DNA of 64,000 nt from positions 61,256,001 to 61,320,000 of the forward strand of contig OZ024746.1 of assembly GCA_964016885.1 (NCBI GenBank), read 5' to 3'. Source of the DNA: Eledone cirrhosa. Taxonomy: Eukaryota. Position numbers and translations under genes: made by a program. The notes under the pieces were generated by a model, which worked only from the letters and a program-made list of their open reading frames with translations, had not been told where the DNA came from and ran no database searches. Shown piece after piece: positions 26,275-39,779 of the stretch (position 1 is its first letter; each line of letters starts with the position of its first letter).

Positions 26275-26650
26275 AACGAAGGAAATGTGGTAAGGAACCA
26301 AGTGGACCATAACGCACCAAAGTACTCAATACTTAGGGTAGTAGAGTGGGTAATAGAAACGAGTAGGACCCCGACGGCTGAGCTCAAGCCGTTTCGACGG
26401 CTAATTCTGGACTAAAATTCTGGACTAAAATTTTAGTCCAGAATTAGCCGTCGAAACGGCTTGAGCTCAGCCGTCGGGGTCCTACTCGTTCCTATATATA
26501 TAGGCCGTCTTGACTGCTAGATCCGCTGTAGCTGTCAAGACGGACGGAGCTTAGCAGTCGAGGTTCTGAATCTTTTCATTTTACCCACTCTACTACTCCA
26601 GGTATCGAGTATTCTGGTGGATTATGGTCCACCTGGTTTTTTACCACACC
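26275..26650. repeat. Fold-back repeat cluster with hammerhead 3' halves
   Basis: Palindrome 26353-26495 centred at 26430/26431; second decayed copy 26503-26650. Confidence 0.75.
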
Positions 26651-26967
26651 ATATATTAACATACTTTTGCTCATAGCTTCGTACTTACACGCACACACAC
26701 TCTTTTACTTACACACATATCCTCTTAGCTTCGTACGGACGCGCGCACGCACAAGTATAGCTCTTTATACAAAACGGTTTTTTTTCCTATTCAGGTAGAC
26801 GCGTGCCATCATCCACTTTTCTGAAAAAAATATATCATACACAAAACGCCAGCACCAACAGTTTTCCAAGAGATGGTAACATGAATGGACCTGTTATTTT
26901 TTATCTAAAGACATTTTTTCCAATTCCAACCCGCCCGTCCCTTCAATCTATCTAATTTCTCATTCTT

Positions 26968-27003
26968 TCTTCTGATGAAGGAGGAGTGTCCGAAACGTTA
27001 AGA
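26968..27003 (+). ncRNA. Minimal type I hammerhead ribozyme (CUGAUGAA variant)
   Basis: TCTT-CTGATGA-A-GGA(GGAGTG)TCC-GAAA-CG-TT-AAGA; AACGTT palindrome as stem III. Confidence 0.7.
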
Positions 27004-27515
27004 CCCTCTTCCTGCTATTTCAAGCGTTAACCTAATATATTCCTTCCACATACTGTACCGATTGTGTTGTTATTTCTGTTTACCTTTTACATACATATAC
27101 AGTATATATATACAGTATATATATATACATATATATATATATGTATATACAGACACACACATATAGGTAACAACACGCACATGCACACACATAGATATAC
27201 ACACACATACACATATATATATACACATAGGTAGGTACATACACTTTTACTTCGACCGACTTAATCTTTTTCGATCGTTCTATTACTGATGAACTCAGTT
27301 TTTCTGTTCAGCAAGTCCATTGTCTTAGTATTTCATCTCGTTGCAGCCGCCATAGAAGGTTTTAGGTTCATGTATTGTTTCCAATAGATTGTGGTATTTT
27401 TTCTATAGATTATGCCGAATCATTGGATTTTGAAATGCTTCTTGTTTTTAATTGACAATTATACTTTGTTAATGATACCGGGTTGTGAATTGACGATTAA
27501 CCTAACGACTCTTAA

Positions 27516-27739
27516 CCTTTTAGCATTTAAATCGGCCATATCCGACCTGGAGGATTCTCTTACCTTTTTCTGTTCAAACCAGCGATAACTGTCCAATCAT
27601 ACTAATGTTAAGGTATTGCTCTCAAAATAGATAATATCAAAATCTCATAGATTCGATATTATGTGAGATAATTATGTGAGGTAAAGCCTTTACCATGAAA
27701 ATATAACAGTAAATATAGAGTAATGTGAATGTTAAAGGG
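27516..27739. mobile_element. piggyBac-like MITE
   Basis: TTAA on both sides; TIR CCTTTTAGCATT / AATGTTAAAGGG; homologous inverted copy at 60192-60388. Confidence 0.75.
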
Positions 27740-28859
27740 TTAAAGTGCACCTTACACATTCCTGTAAATGAGTTGGTTATTTTAAAAGCACCACTTTAGC
27801 TTTATATATACAACCAAGAGGGCATGCATGGTCCCGTAACTCCTGAGAATGTCGTAGGGACGTTGTATTGACATACGTTTATATGACATTGTTTAACCTC
27901 TCGGTAACCATCTCCTCTCCAGATATGAATACTTCAGATTTCTTTCAGAGAAAGAGAGAAAGTGAGAGAAATGAAGCGGGGAAGAGATATAGTGGAAGAA
28001 TAGATCCCAATACTTGACTGGTACTTTTACTTATCGACCTCGAATGAATAAAAGGTAAAGTTGACCTCAACAAGGTTTGAATTCAGAGAACAGAGAACCG
28101 AAACGAATACCGCAAAGCATTCTCTCCGACGTTCTAACGACTTTGTCGCCTTCAATCAAAAGAGCACAGCTCGACAAATTTACAGTTACGTAGTTACGTA
28201 ACTTACAAATCCCATAGTTGTTTTTCCTGTCGGTATTTATATATTGGTGGCTTTATTTCGGGTGTAGAGTAGTTTACGTTATCATTGTGTACATGGTTGC
28301 TAGGAATAAGCTTCAGTTTAGTGTGGTTCATACTTGCAATAATATTATTACCAACGCTATAAAAACAACTGAAGCTCACCTTGTTCTGTTGGGGATTGTA
28401 GGACTAATGTAGTTTGCTGACAGTGGATAAGTCATGTGTGGCCTTTCTTTAGATAATATAGTGTAATCGGAAGGAGATTTGGACGATATTTCTAGTACTT
28501 CACGAGATCATGTAGAGGTTTCTTTCTTTGGTTTATTCACGTAATGTATAGCTACATAATATATCTATGTATTCTGTAGTTGCATAATATATTCTACTCT
28601 TGTGTCATAATTTTTCTTTGTCTATTTCCTCCTTCAGTTTTTTTTCTGATATCGACTAATATGCCATTCTCAGAATTTTTGTGGTTGCTTATCCTCAAAG
28701 CTGTCTGTTACACAAGTCTCTTTTTTGTTGGCTTCTTTCAAAGCAGAAAACCATTTCGGTTTGTTCCATTCGTATTTTGTAGCAATTTGTTTTTATATGA
28801 GATATTTTATATTATAACTGTTACTACTACTATACTTACCACCACCATCACCACAGCCA

Positions 28860-28984
<125 letters not shown>

Positions 28985-30198
28985 CACACACACACATGTC
29001 TATGTGTGTATGTTATATGCTTGAACCTGCATTTGCGTGTGCTGTCGTTATTGTTTGGCATCAGAAGGAATTCGGTTGGCAGTATCAGTAAAACGTCGGT
29101 CAAAATGCTTTACAGCATAGAGGTACAGCCTTTTACAGCATAGAGGTACAGCCTTTTACAGCATAGAGGTACAGTCCAAATCTCGCCGAGATTAGTTCTG
29201 CAGTTCATCCTTGTGGGGCCGATAAAATAAAGTACCAGTAACACACTGGGATAGATTTAATCAACTTTCTCTTTCCATCAAATTGCTGGCCTTGTATCTG
29301 AATCAGAAACCATTATCTAGCATCAGCTTAGCGCTGATCTCGCAGATCTTTGATGAAAGACATTCAAGACAACACCATCCCGTACATTTTATGGGCATGC
29401 AAGACCAGATTATCAAATGTACCATTTCCTCGATACGGTGTTATTTACTGTAGATTTAGCTGATATTTCTAGACATTCGAGTGACCACATGGAAACTCAC
29501 ACATTGGCTCGTTGGCGTGCGCGTCGTCTATATAAAGATACAAGCAATAAATTGACTGTGTTCTCCTCTATGAAATATGTGTCTTTGAGCATGCATGCTT
29601 TCGTGCGTTGCAAGCAATGCGTTGAGTCGGTGCTTATTCCGGTTTCATGGCGTGAAGCGACTGAGAGTACAAGACTCCTCCCTGGACAGGACATCAGTCC
29701 ATCGCAGAGTTAAACCCACAGTTATTGCTGGTACTCATTTTGGCAACGTAAAATGAAGTGTTTTGCTCACGAACACAACACGCAACCCAGCCCAGGAATC
29801 GAACCCACGACATTCCGATCGGAAGTCCAACACTCTTACCACTAGGTATTTGTGAAAATGTTATAAAATCATATTAGAATTGCGAATGTACAGCAAAACC
29901 TATCCGGTTTTATACTTACTTGATCAGCTCAAAATAAACGATGAGAAAAAGCGATCACAACTATAAACAGTAGACCAGTTTCTGTTTTGGCAGGAGTGTG
30001 TAAGTAAACAGGAGGGCGGATCACGTCTTTACAGAAGGAAAAAATAAGAGTCAATAAAGAATTGGTGCGTAATTAGGAAAATAGAATTAGAGTAGAAAAG
30101 AAAATGTGACGGACAAAGAGAAAGGGAGAGAGGGAGGTAAGAGGAAGGGAGGGAAAGAGAGAAATAAGTTAGATAAATAGATACATAGATGGAGGATG

Positions 30199-30288
<90 letters not shown>

Positions 30289-30289
30289 C

Positions 30290-30330
<41 letters not shown>

Positions 30331-30692
30331 ATAATAATAAATTTGAAGACTAAAATCCAAAGAGGGCTCGATAAGGATAAATATATATCAAATATATAAG
30401 AACCGTAGAACAAATATTTATTAAAATAACAGATTAAAGTTTAAGCAAAGAATCACTGCTTTCATCCTTAACGGGATCTTCTGAAACTAAAAAAGTCAAT
30501 CTGTGAACGCAGAAGTAAATATTTCAAAAAACGTTGCAACCGGAGGAAGACAGGAAGACGATACTTTGGTTCGTGGAAACCTTCCCTGGCAAAGAACGGG
30601 AAAAAACGAAGATAATACGTCATTATTTGGAGCGGTGAGAACAATTACACGCAAAGACAGAAGCACGTTTATGGTATAAAAGAAGTCGTAGA

Positions 30693-30747
<55 letters not shown>

Positions 30748-30998
30748 GGAATAGAATGAAACTAAATTTCATTTCTCACTCTTAGTACTTACTTAAATGT
30801 AAGTATGTATGTATGTATACGTACATACATATATGTATACACACGTACAGTAGTATGTATATATATACATACATGCACACATATATATATGCACGTATCG
30901 GTTTACCGGGCATTTATTATAATGCTCGGTTTGTTTGTTTGTAAACGTCTGTATACGTCTGTATACATATATGTACGTATACATACATACATACTTAC

Positions 30999-31070
<72 letters not shown>

Positions 31071-31082
31071 ATATATATAAAT

Positions 31083-31163
<81 letters not shown>

Positions 31164-31174
31164 TATATATAAAT

Positions 31175-31225
<51 letters not shown>

Positions 31226-31307
31226 AAAAGTAAATGGAGACAAAAAGCAAACAACATATTAAATGAATAAATATATTAGTTTAACGCTTGATATAGTAGG
31301 AAAAGAG

Positions 31308-31343
31308 TCTTTACGTTTCGGACACTATTCCTTCATCAAAAGA
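31308..31343 (-). ncRNA. Hammerhead copy with C3>U core change (family of 26968)
   Basis: Minus: TCTT-TTGATGA-A-GGA(ATAGTG)TCC-GAAA-CG-TA-AAGA. Confidence 0.6.
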
Positions 31344-31446
31344 TAGAATGAGAAATAAAAGTTGAAATAGAAAGAGAGTGAATGAGAAGAGGAAGGAAAA
31401 GAAAATAACTTCTTTTTGAAAAAGTATCTTTGTTTAGTCAGCCATT

Positions 31447-31527
<81 letters not shown>

Positions 31528-31679
31528 AGAAAAAGTATTCAATACTGAAGTAGAGTTTAAATATTCATATAACGGTTAAGTGGTGAACCTTGTTATGGAG
31601 TTTCACCACTTAGCCATTAAACACACACACACAAACACGCACACACACACGCACACGCACACACGCACACACACACACA

Positions 31680-31786
<107 letters not shown>

Positions 31787-32291
31787 GAAGATAAAGGAGT
31801 TTTCACTTAGTGTGATAAATCGAATTTGTGGAATAAATATACAGATATTAGTGAAATAACAACTTACCAAGTACTTCTCTCGGCGTATATAATAGAATCC
31901 TGTGAGACAATATTCCAGAAGGTGAAGCCTCAAGTATTCACAGAATAAATTAGTATAAATTAATATTTTTTTAGGAAAAACAGGCAAAGAATGAGTAGAA
32001 ATTTAGAGAGAGATTTAAAATATAACCTAACACGTGTTTCATCGCCGAATATGTATTTGTCTACGAGAACTAAATAGGAATATTTTTTTTCTGTAGTTTT
32101 CTTTCTTTCTCTCTTAGTGTTGACCTGAGCTCTGTCACCATTAATCGTGAATCTGGGAAAATCAAGAAAAATATGGGAAAATCCGAGGAATCGGAAAACT
32201 TAGGAAATCCGAGGAAAATATTATTAGATCCAAGGAAAATCTTTAAAACCCTAGAAAAATCCGAGTAATCGGGAAACTTAGGGAATCCGAG

Positions 32292-32333
<42 letters not shown>

Positions 32334-32689
32334 CGTTTATGGGCTGTTTAAACTCATTATATATCTATCTCGAATATATATATGTATATATATATATATA
32401 TATATATGTAGTCTTGACAACCACTTAACAAGTAAGAAACGGTCACCGTCGAATACTCTTCTTTGCTTTTGCCGAGACTATATATGTGACGTTAGTCACT
32501 ACCTTAAAATTCATAGCGAATGGCCTTCAAAATGTTTTAAAATAAACATAGAGTATATTATTAAATATACAATACGTACATTCATATATATATATATAAA
32601 GCATTCATTTAAATTTGGGATTAGACTACTGTGATTTACCGATTAATGGTGAAATATATTTCTTTATTTAATAAAATATATACAAAGGA

Positions 32690-32813
32690 GATTAATCATT
32701 ATTAATTAATCATTATATTTGATTAATTATTATTAATTAATCATTATATTTGATTAATCATTATTAATTAATCATTATATTTGATTAATCATTATTAATT
32801 AATCATTATATTT
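32690..32813. repeat. 31-bp AT-rich tandem repeat, 4 copies
   Basis: GATTAATCATTATTAATTAATCATTATATTT x4. Confidence 0.9.
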
Positions 32814-33276
32814 GAAGTTCTCGTTAAATTTTAATTTGTTACCTACGTAACTATGTGTGCTTACACTCTTTACAAATTTTCCTCTGTAATTGTTTGATGT
32901 GTTTATTTTATTTTATATATATATATATATATTTTTTTTTTTTTATTTGTCTGACCCGAATTTTCTTGGTCGTATTTTCGGCTGTGCGAAGAATGATTGT
33001 TTAAGCATCGTCTCAGTGTGTTGGTATTTAAACGTTAGTTATAGCTCTGGTTTATCCAAATTATTGAGCACTTTGCCACACATTTCGAAGATTGTGTTTC
33101 GTTATTTCGTGGGCCGAGGTTCCGATTCTTGATAATTTATTTGTATATATATATATTAATCGATTTTTAATTGAATGCCAATAAATGCTCGGATCTATCC
33201 CTTAGAATCTTTGAGCTTATTCTACAGAGGGTATGGCGCATGTTTCTCAGACATGACATCCTTAATTTAATTTTGG

Positions 33277-33333
<57 letters not shown>

Positions 33334-33671
33334 TATATATATATATTGGACATACTTTATAGTATATTGCTCTGATTATTTAATTTATTAATTCATCATT
33401 GAGTCACATCGTGAATAGTTGCCAAAACACATATATATCTGTGACTTTGTCTAGTTTGTGTATATGTAAATCTTTATATTTAATAATCTCCCATAAGGTT
33501 GAGATGCAATTTGGGCAATATTGGGCTGCGCTTTCTAGCAACCAGCCCACTCGCCGTAAGCAACCAATCACATTCTTTCTGACTTGACCACTGCCACGTC
33601 ACAATTCTTAGCCATTTTGAATTCGTTTCTGGCGGGGATCACTTAAGAAAATAATCTGTCCAAACGAGTTT

Positions 33672-33750
33672 GTTTCCTGATGAGTTCGAAGCTCGAGATT
33701 TTATCCTTAATAGGATATTTCCAAATGCGAACGAACCCGAGGGTAGAAAC
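33672..33750 (+). ncRNA. Hammerhead-like motif lacking one core A
   Basis: GTTTC-CTGATGA-GTTCG...CGAAC-GAA-CCCGAGGG-TA-GAAAC. Confidence 0.6.
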
Positions 33751-34045
33751 GCAATCCTGGTATGTGTATATGCATTTCTTCTAACTTTAATTTTATACCT
33801 AATTGTGTATGGTTGACGGTATATTTAATCGATTTCCATGTGCTGTTGAAATGTTGGGTAAATATTCTATGGCGGTTAGCCGCGAAGAGATTGCTGTCGT
33901 TTATTTATCTACTATTTCTTCATAGGTGCCTTTTAATCGTATAGCCTGGTCTAATTGATTTTTTTGTGTGTGTGGTTAATTATGCTAATTGGGAGAGGAA
34001 ATGGTGTATATATATTATCAAATGATTCTATGGACATACTTTATA

Positions 34046-34100
<55 letters not shown>

Positions 34101-34970
34101 AAAACAGGGGCACAGGAAACAAAGATGGGCATGCTCCTTCTCATCAGTCAACTACCTGTGACTCTTGTGTCATTCTCTCCAGGGTACACAGGTTTATTGC
34201 AACAGGACAAAACATAATATCATAAGACAGAGTGAGTGTTTTCGACAAATTACACAATTATAAACGAAAAGGTGTGCTTCAACTGAAAATGAAAACCGTC
34301 GCATATTCGCGGAATCGTAAATATCTTCCGCGATTTTTTTAATGACTTTTTCGTGGCAATATATATTTTTTAACGCTAAATTATTAACAATATACCGTAT
34401 TTGCTGGTCTATTGGACGCATCTTCACATAAGATGCTCCCTCTTTTTTCATTATATTTTACGTTATATTTTGACGCTTATAGTACCGTTAACGTACTTCT
34501 CAGGGAGATTCAGCATTTTATAAATACAACTCATTTTTGCCTACTAAGTGAACTTGAGTAACTTGAAATAAAGTGTCTTGCTCAATGACACAACATACAT
34601 ACATACATACATACATGATGGCTGCCCCTCGTTATCGAGTATGGTCATTGCACGATATACCATTATTAATAATTATTAATTAATTCTATCGTGCAATGCC
34701 TGTACGTGAAGGTATTTTTTAATGTGAGGAAAGACTGTGCACTGAGCCAATCCCACTCTCTGAGCGACAGTAGCTATAACCCGAAAAGAAGAAAAGATCA
34801 ACATCATCGGTTACTACTGAGCCGCAGGTTTTATATCTGAGTTATCCCAGTTTCCTGAGTTGCCTTCTCCTAGAAGAATGCCCTGACAAAGGCTAGGGGT
34901 CCTTCACTCCTAGTGGTTTAACCGCGCGGTACATGTCTATGTACATATTTACACATAATACATATATACA

Positions 34971-35001
<31 letters not shown>

Positions 35002-35380
35002 GTGTGTGTTGATGTATAATATATTAAACATGTAATGTATAACCTACCTGATGCATATATCCAATAGACACATACACGCATCTATTCATCTATCTATCCA
35101 TCTACTTTCCTATCTATCTATCTAGTTAGCTCTACCTACCTATCTACCCACCTACCTACTCAAACTCAACACCCATCCATCTATCTATCTTTCTTTCTTT
35201 CTATCTATCTTGTGCGCCCTTGTGGCAAATAAAGAAATATATCTACCTAATCATAAATTCTTATTGCCAGTGCATTTCTGTTGTCAAGGGAAAGTATTGT
35301 GTAAATGTATCTCATGGGAGTTATTTCCCCCTGAAAACATGTTTTCATATTGCATTCTCAGGAGACACTAACGATTTCTA

Positions 35381-35415
<35 letters not shown>

Positions 35416-35439
35416 GCCCACCGCCTTATCAACTCCTCT

Positions 35440-35648
35440 CTTACTTCCAACCTTTCCTACACATTGACGGCCGCTTATCTCTTCAACATTTCTTCAGCTG
35501 TCGCACCATTCTCTAAGCCATGTGCCGCCTAGTCGAATTTGTTTTCATCCTAAACTTCTTTTTCGCGGGGAGATTTTCGATTAGTTTGCAGGTGTAGCTA
35601 TGCGAATGCGAATGGGGCCCAACTACACCAGAGTATTCGTCGGTTGCG
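35440..35648 (+). pseudogene. Penelope-like element RT remnant
   Basis: Decayed translation ending GVAMRMRMGPNYTRVFVG matches the PLE RT motif G.AMGT.MGP.YA.LF.G. Confidence 0.65.
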
Positions 35649-35649
35649 T

Positions 35650-35820
35650 TCTTCTTCTACTTCGCCTACTTATCCCTGAGAAGGTCGTGGGAATTAAGTC
35701 CCCAAACACTTCTTCCAGTGGGTCCTGCCAGAAGCGACCGGTTGAATCCCCAGGCCAAACCAGCTGAGCTCAAGGATGTTATCGAGCCATCTTGCTCGGA
35801 GTCTGCCACTGGGATTCATA
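35650..35820 (-). mobile_element. RTE LINE 3' end fragment
   Basis: GRLRARWLDNI..LSWFGLGIQP followed by (GAA)n tail; related plus-strand copy at about 46490-46686. Confidence 0.6.
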
Positions 35821-37222
35821 TACATAATGCATGATACATTTGTGACTCGAGTTCATTAATGTTATTGTAGGACGTTGAATTGGAAGTATCGGTAGAGGGC
35901 TGGACGCCATGCTTTCTAGCATCGAGGTTAACTTTGCCTTTCATCCTCAAAGGTAGAAACAATTAATGTTACTGTAGTTATTCTCATCGGGAATGTCATG
36001 TATGTAATCAACTAATTCTTCATCGTTCATGCTATCAATTATTTCAACATTATTATCGTTTTTGTCATCATCATTGCCACTATGGTTTCCATGACACTAA
36101 TTAGCGTGACTCATTGTGATGTTGAACTTACTGCAGATAATAATCCTTCACTGGCTCAATTTGTGATCAGAGATGACAGACATTAGGTCACTCGTGCTTC
36201 TGGCAAGTGAAATAGCGAATTAAGTGAAATAGCTGTCACCTGAAATTTAATCGCCACCGAAGACTGCGTTCAGCACGAGTTTAATCCTAAAATATGGCTG
36301 ATTTAATTTGGTACCGGAAAAACGAGTCAACTAGCTCAAGGCTGGAATTATCTGTCAGTTATCCGTATTCGGATACACCAAGGATTAAAGTTTTATATAA
36401 ATCATTGCTATAAGTAGCGTGACCATTGTGGAGTTGATATGTGTTTTGTTGGCTTGCAGTGCTGGGTTCAATTTCTGCCGAAGGGACAAGTTAATGTATC
36501 AATAGAGCAACGTCATATCTAGAAGAGACAGTATTCAACTGTTAAATGCTCTGTGATTCTGGCAAAGAAGTAATTTATCTTCAACATTTTATTGCAACGA
36601 TTCATATTATACGAGTGGCGGTGGGAGAGAGTAAGGGTTTCACTCGATATGCTAAAGATAGCAGCGAAATTTCCTTAAAACATAGCATACTGCATTCGAC
36701 TATTGTGGTCCCACATGATCTATGTATTACAAAGACGGCTTATGGATTTGATAAATGTCATTGAAGAACAAACCCCAATGAATATGAAAAGGGTAGACAG
36801 AAGTATGATGAATGAAATTACAAAAAAGATAAATGTTGTCATATCACATATCCTAACAGAGGACATTGCACTACTTGAAAGAAAAGGTTTGAAAGACATA
36901 TCTAAAAAGTGATTTTAACATCTAACCTGAATGCGAGAAATCTAGTCACTGCAATGAATATTTGAGTAGCAGTTGCAGGGGTTAGATATAGTGGACTGAA
37001 GAAGTAATAGCAAAGTTGGATAGAAAGACGAGAATGTTGATGACATTCTACAGATCTGCTGTTACTGCTGCTGGTGCTTCTTCTTCTTAAAATGGTTCTC
37101 AGCTGTAAGTGCTCTACCCAGTGAGGAGCATTATTCCAGGCTGCCTGGGAAACATTTGTAACCGGGTTAAGCAATAAATCTCATATGTAACACCTCTATT
37201 TTGTTCTTATTATATACACTCT

Positions 37223-37413
37223 GGTGGTGGATTGGCAGTATTGGTAGAGAGTCGGACGCCATTCTTTGACACATAGAGTTACGGCCCTTGCCATTCTGAG
37301 TTCAAATCCCGCCTAGGTTAACTTTGCCTTTCATCCTTACGGGGGTCAATAAAATAAAGTACCAGTAATACACTGGGTAATTGCTGGCCTTGTGCCAAGA
37401 GTAGAAACAATTA
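37223..37413 (+). mobile_element. tRNA-derived SINE, family A
   Basis: Full-length copy nearly identical to 16615-16803. Confidence 0.88.
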
Positions 37414-38863
37414 TATACACTCTGCTCTGCATCGAGTGCTGACATTGGTTATCTCACAAGTTTTCTTCAGACTTACTGAACCTTTTGCACATATAATGCC
37501 CCCCCCCCCCGCCCTGGATAGAGCGCTTACAGCTGAGTACCATGGAGTGGTCTTCCTGCACATCTTCTTCTAAGAACATACCAATACCGAATAGTAGCAC
37601 TTACCTGCGTAAGGTCGTACAGTACATGGACTCAAGTACCTAACGGTTGCGGTGGCGTGCTTACCTTTTTGACCGCGCCACCGCCACGGAGTGCATCACA
37701 CCTGACGCTGACCCTTCGGACTTAAAGAGTAACTTCAAATCCCACAGGAACCCCCCCCCCTCACAATGTAGTCGCACGAAAAAAGTTATCACGTTGTCCA
37801 CACGTCTGGAAACACATATTACGTAATTACAAAGCTCCAGATTGAGTAACATGAACAATCTATAATATTTAAAATAACATAATTTATTTCGAGCATCCAC
37901 ACTTATCTCCCTACATCGATTTATTGTAGGTTTACCTCCCCATTGGGAAGTGACTGTTTCTGCACATGCGCATTCATACAGTTGTTTTTCCTTTTTTGTA
38001 CAACTCATTTAAACCGAGCTGATGATCCGAATAAGGTGAAACAATTGTTCTCGGTAATAGTGAACTAACCACGTTTACAGTGTGGATATGTGTGTGTGTG
38101 TGTATGTGTGAGTATATATATATATACATACACACACATACATATATATATACACACACATATATATAAAAAAAAGAGAAAGAGTGAAAGAGAGAAAGAG
38201 AAAAATAGAGGTGGCTAGATAGATAGATAGATAATATATCATACATATATATATATAGCTGTTGAAATGCATGAAAATATTTGCATAGCATATTTGTATG
38301 CATATGTTTAAGTGAGAGTGTAGATATGTGTGTATATATGTGTAGACATGTTGCTACATTCCTAGTTTTACTTGACTCAATCAATTATTCAAGCATGAAT
38401 GCTTTTGTGTCAAAAATAATCTATTCAACATTACAGCCGATATGGCCTAAAATGGTTAATGGAATTATTCCAAACATTCTACCCCCATCATACCTCTCTG
38501 GTTTATTGTATTCTCTTATAGTTTTAACAAATGCACAGCAGAAGGTGGCAAAAGAACAAAATAAATTTATTAATGAATTTTTTTTTTTTTCAATGAGATT
38601 TCCAAACGAAAATAATTAATGATTGGACATCCACAAATAACCATTCTGTTAATTACTCCAGTTATATATTAGTGAGCAATTCTGCACTAAAGAATTTTTA
38701 TTTCATATGTGTTGTATGTGTGTATACATACATACATACACACACAAACATATATATATATATATATATACACATATATATATACTAGCCCTTTATCAGA
38801 AAATAGAATGAGAAATACAAGTTGAAACAGAAAGATAGACTGTAAGAAGAGGAAGGAATATAA

Positions 38864-38896
<33 letters not shown>

Positions 38897-39230
38897 TCAT
38901 TTTCATTTCATTTTACGTCCGCTTTTCCCTGCTTGCAAGGGTGGGATGGGAACGGGAACTGATTCTGGCTTGATTTCTACAGCTGGATGCCCTTCCTAAC
39001 ACCAACCTCATTTACAGTGAGTGCTGAGTGCTTTTTTGTCGTGGCACCTCCACGACCACTTTACAGTGGAATGATAGGGACCCCAGTCCCTATCATCTTA
39101 TTTCTACAGCTGAGTAAACTGGAGCAATGTGAAATAAAGTGTCTTGCTCAAGGAAACAACACATCGCCCGGTCTGAGAATTGAACTCACAACCTTTCGAT
39201 TGCAAGGCCAATGCTCTAACCACTAAGCCA
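38897..39230 (-). mobile_element. tRNA-derived SINE, family B (RTE-type tail)
   Basis: Head TGGCTTAGTGGTTAGAGC...GAGTTCAATTC, internal GATAGGGAC/GTCCCTATC hairpin, GGAAGGGCATCCAGC, tail GGACGTAAAATG. Confidence 0.88.
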
Positions 39231-39779
39231 AGGCATAGGTAGAAGCTTCTAACTGTGTACCCAGTATGGACAGTGAACACACAAGAGATGTAGTGGGATC
39301 ATATGTAAGCTGACAGAGAAGATAGACTTTGTATGCATAGAAGAAGTCAACAGTATTACTCATGGAATTTACTCTTTCAAATGTTCTGAGGGTTCACTAG
39401 AAATAATTGAAAGCTTTTGTTATCTAGCCAACCTCATTATCAGTGGAGGTGAATATACCGAAAGTGTTGTAGCTAGATTGAGAAGAAGGTGGAAGAGGTC
39501 CAGGGAGCTGTTTCCTCCATTGGTAACAAAAGGCTTCTGTCTCTGAGTAAAGAACAGATTATATGATCCTTGTGTTTGAACTGCCATGCTGCAAGGCAGT
39601 TAGATATGGGTCTTAAGTGCAGAAGACCTGCAATGGCTAAAAAGAAATGAGGTATGCATGGTACATAGGATATGTAATTAAGAATGTAGGATTCACATGC
39701 AGCAGCTGTGCTGAGACAGCAAACAGCCACAGGAAACAAGTACCACCAATCTCTGGGAGGGCCCTGTAGAAACAGTAGA

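Noticed and set aside
27240-27340. CTGATGA at about 27286 and minus-strand LLNRKTEFIS peptide
   Set aside because: No GAAA or stems; the peptide only weakly suggests a PLE endonuclease tail
30460-30490. Minus-strand CAGAAGA...GAAAGC hammerhead-like motif (also 31890-31943 on plus)
   Set aside because: Core mutated and stems cannot all be formed; at most heavily decayed relics
37091-37543. About 30-bp inverted repeat (ATGGTTCTCAGCTGTAAGTGCTCTACCCAG / CTGGATAGAGCGCTTACAGCTGAGTACCAT)
   Set aside because: No TSD or family evidence in the window; cannot be classified
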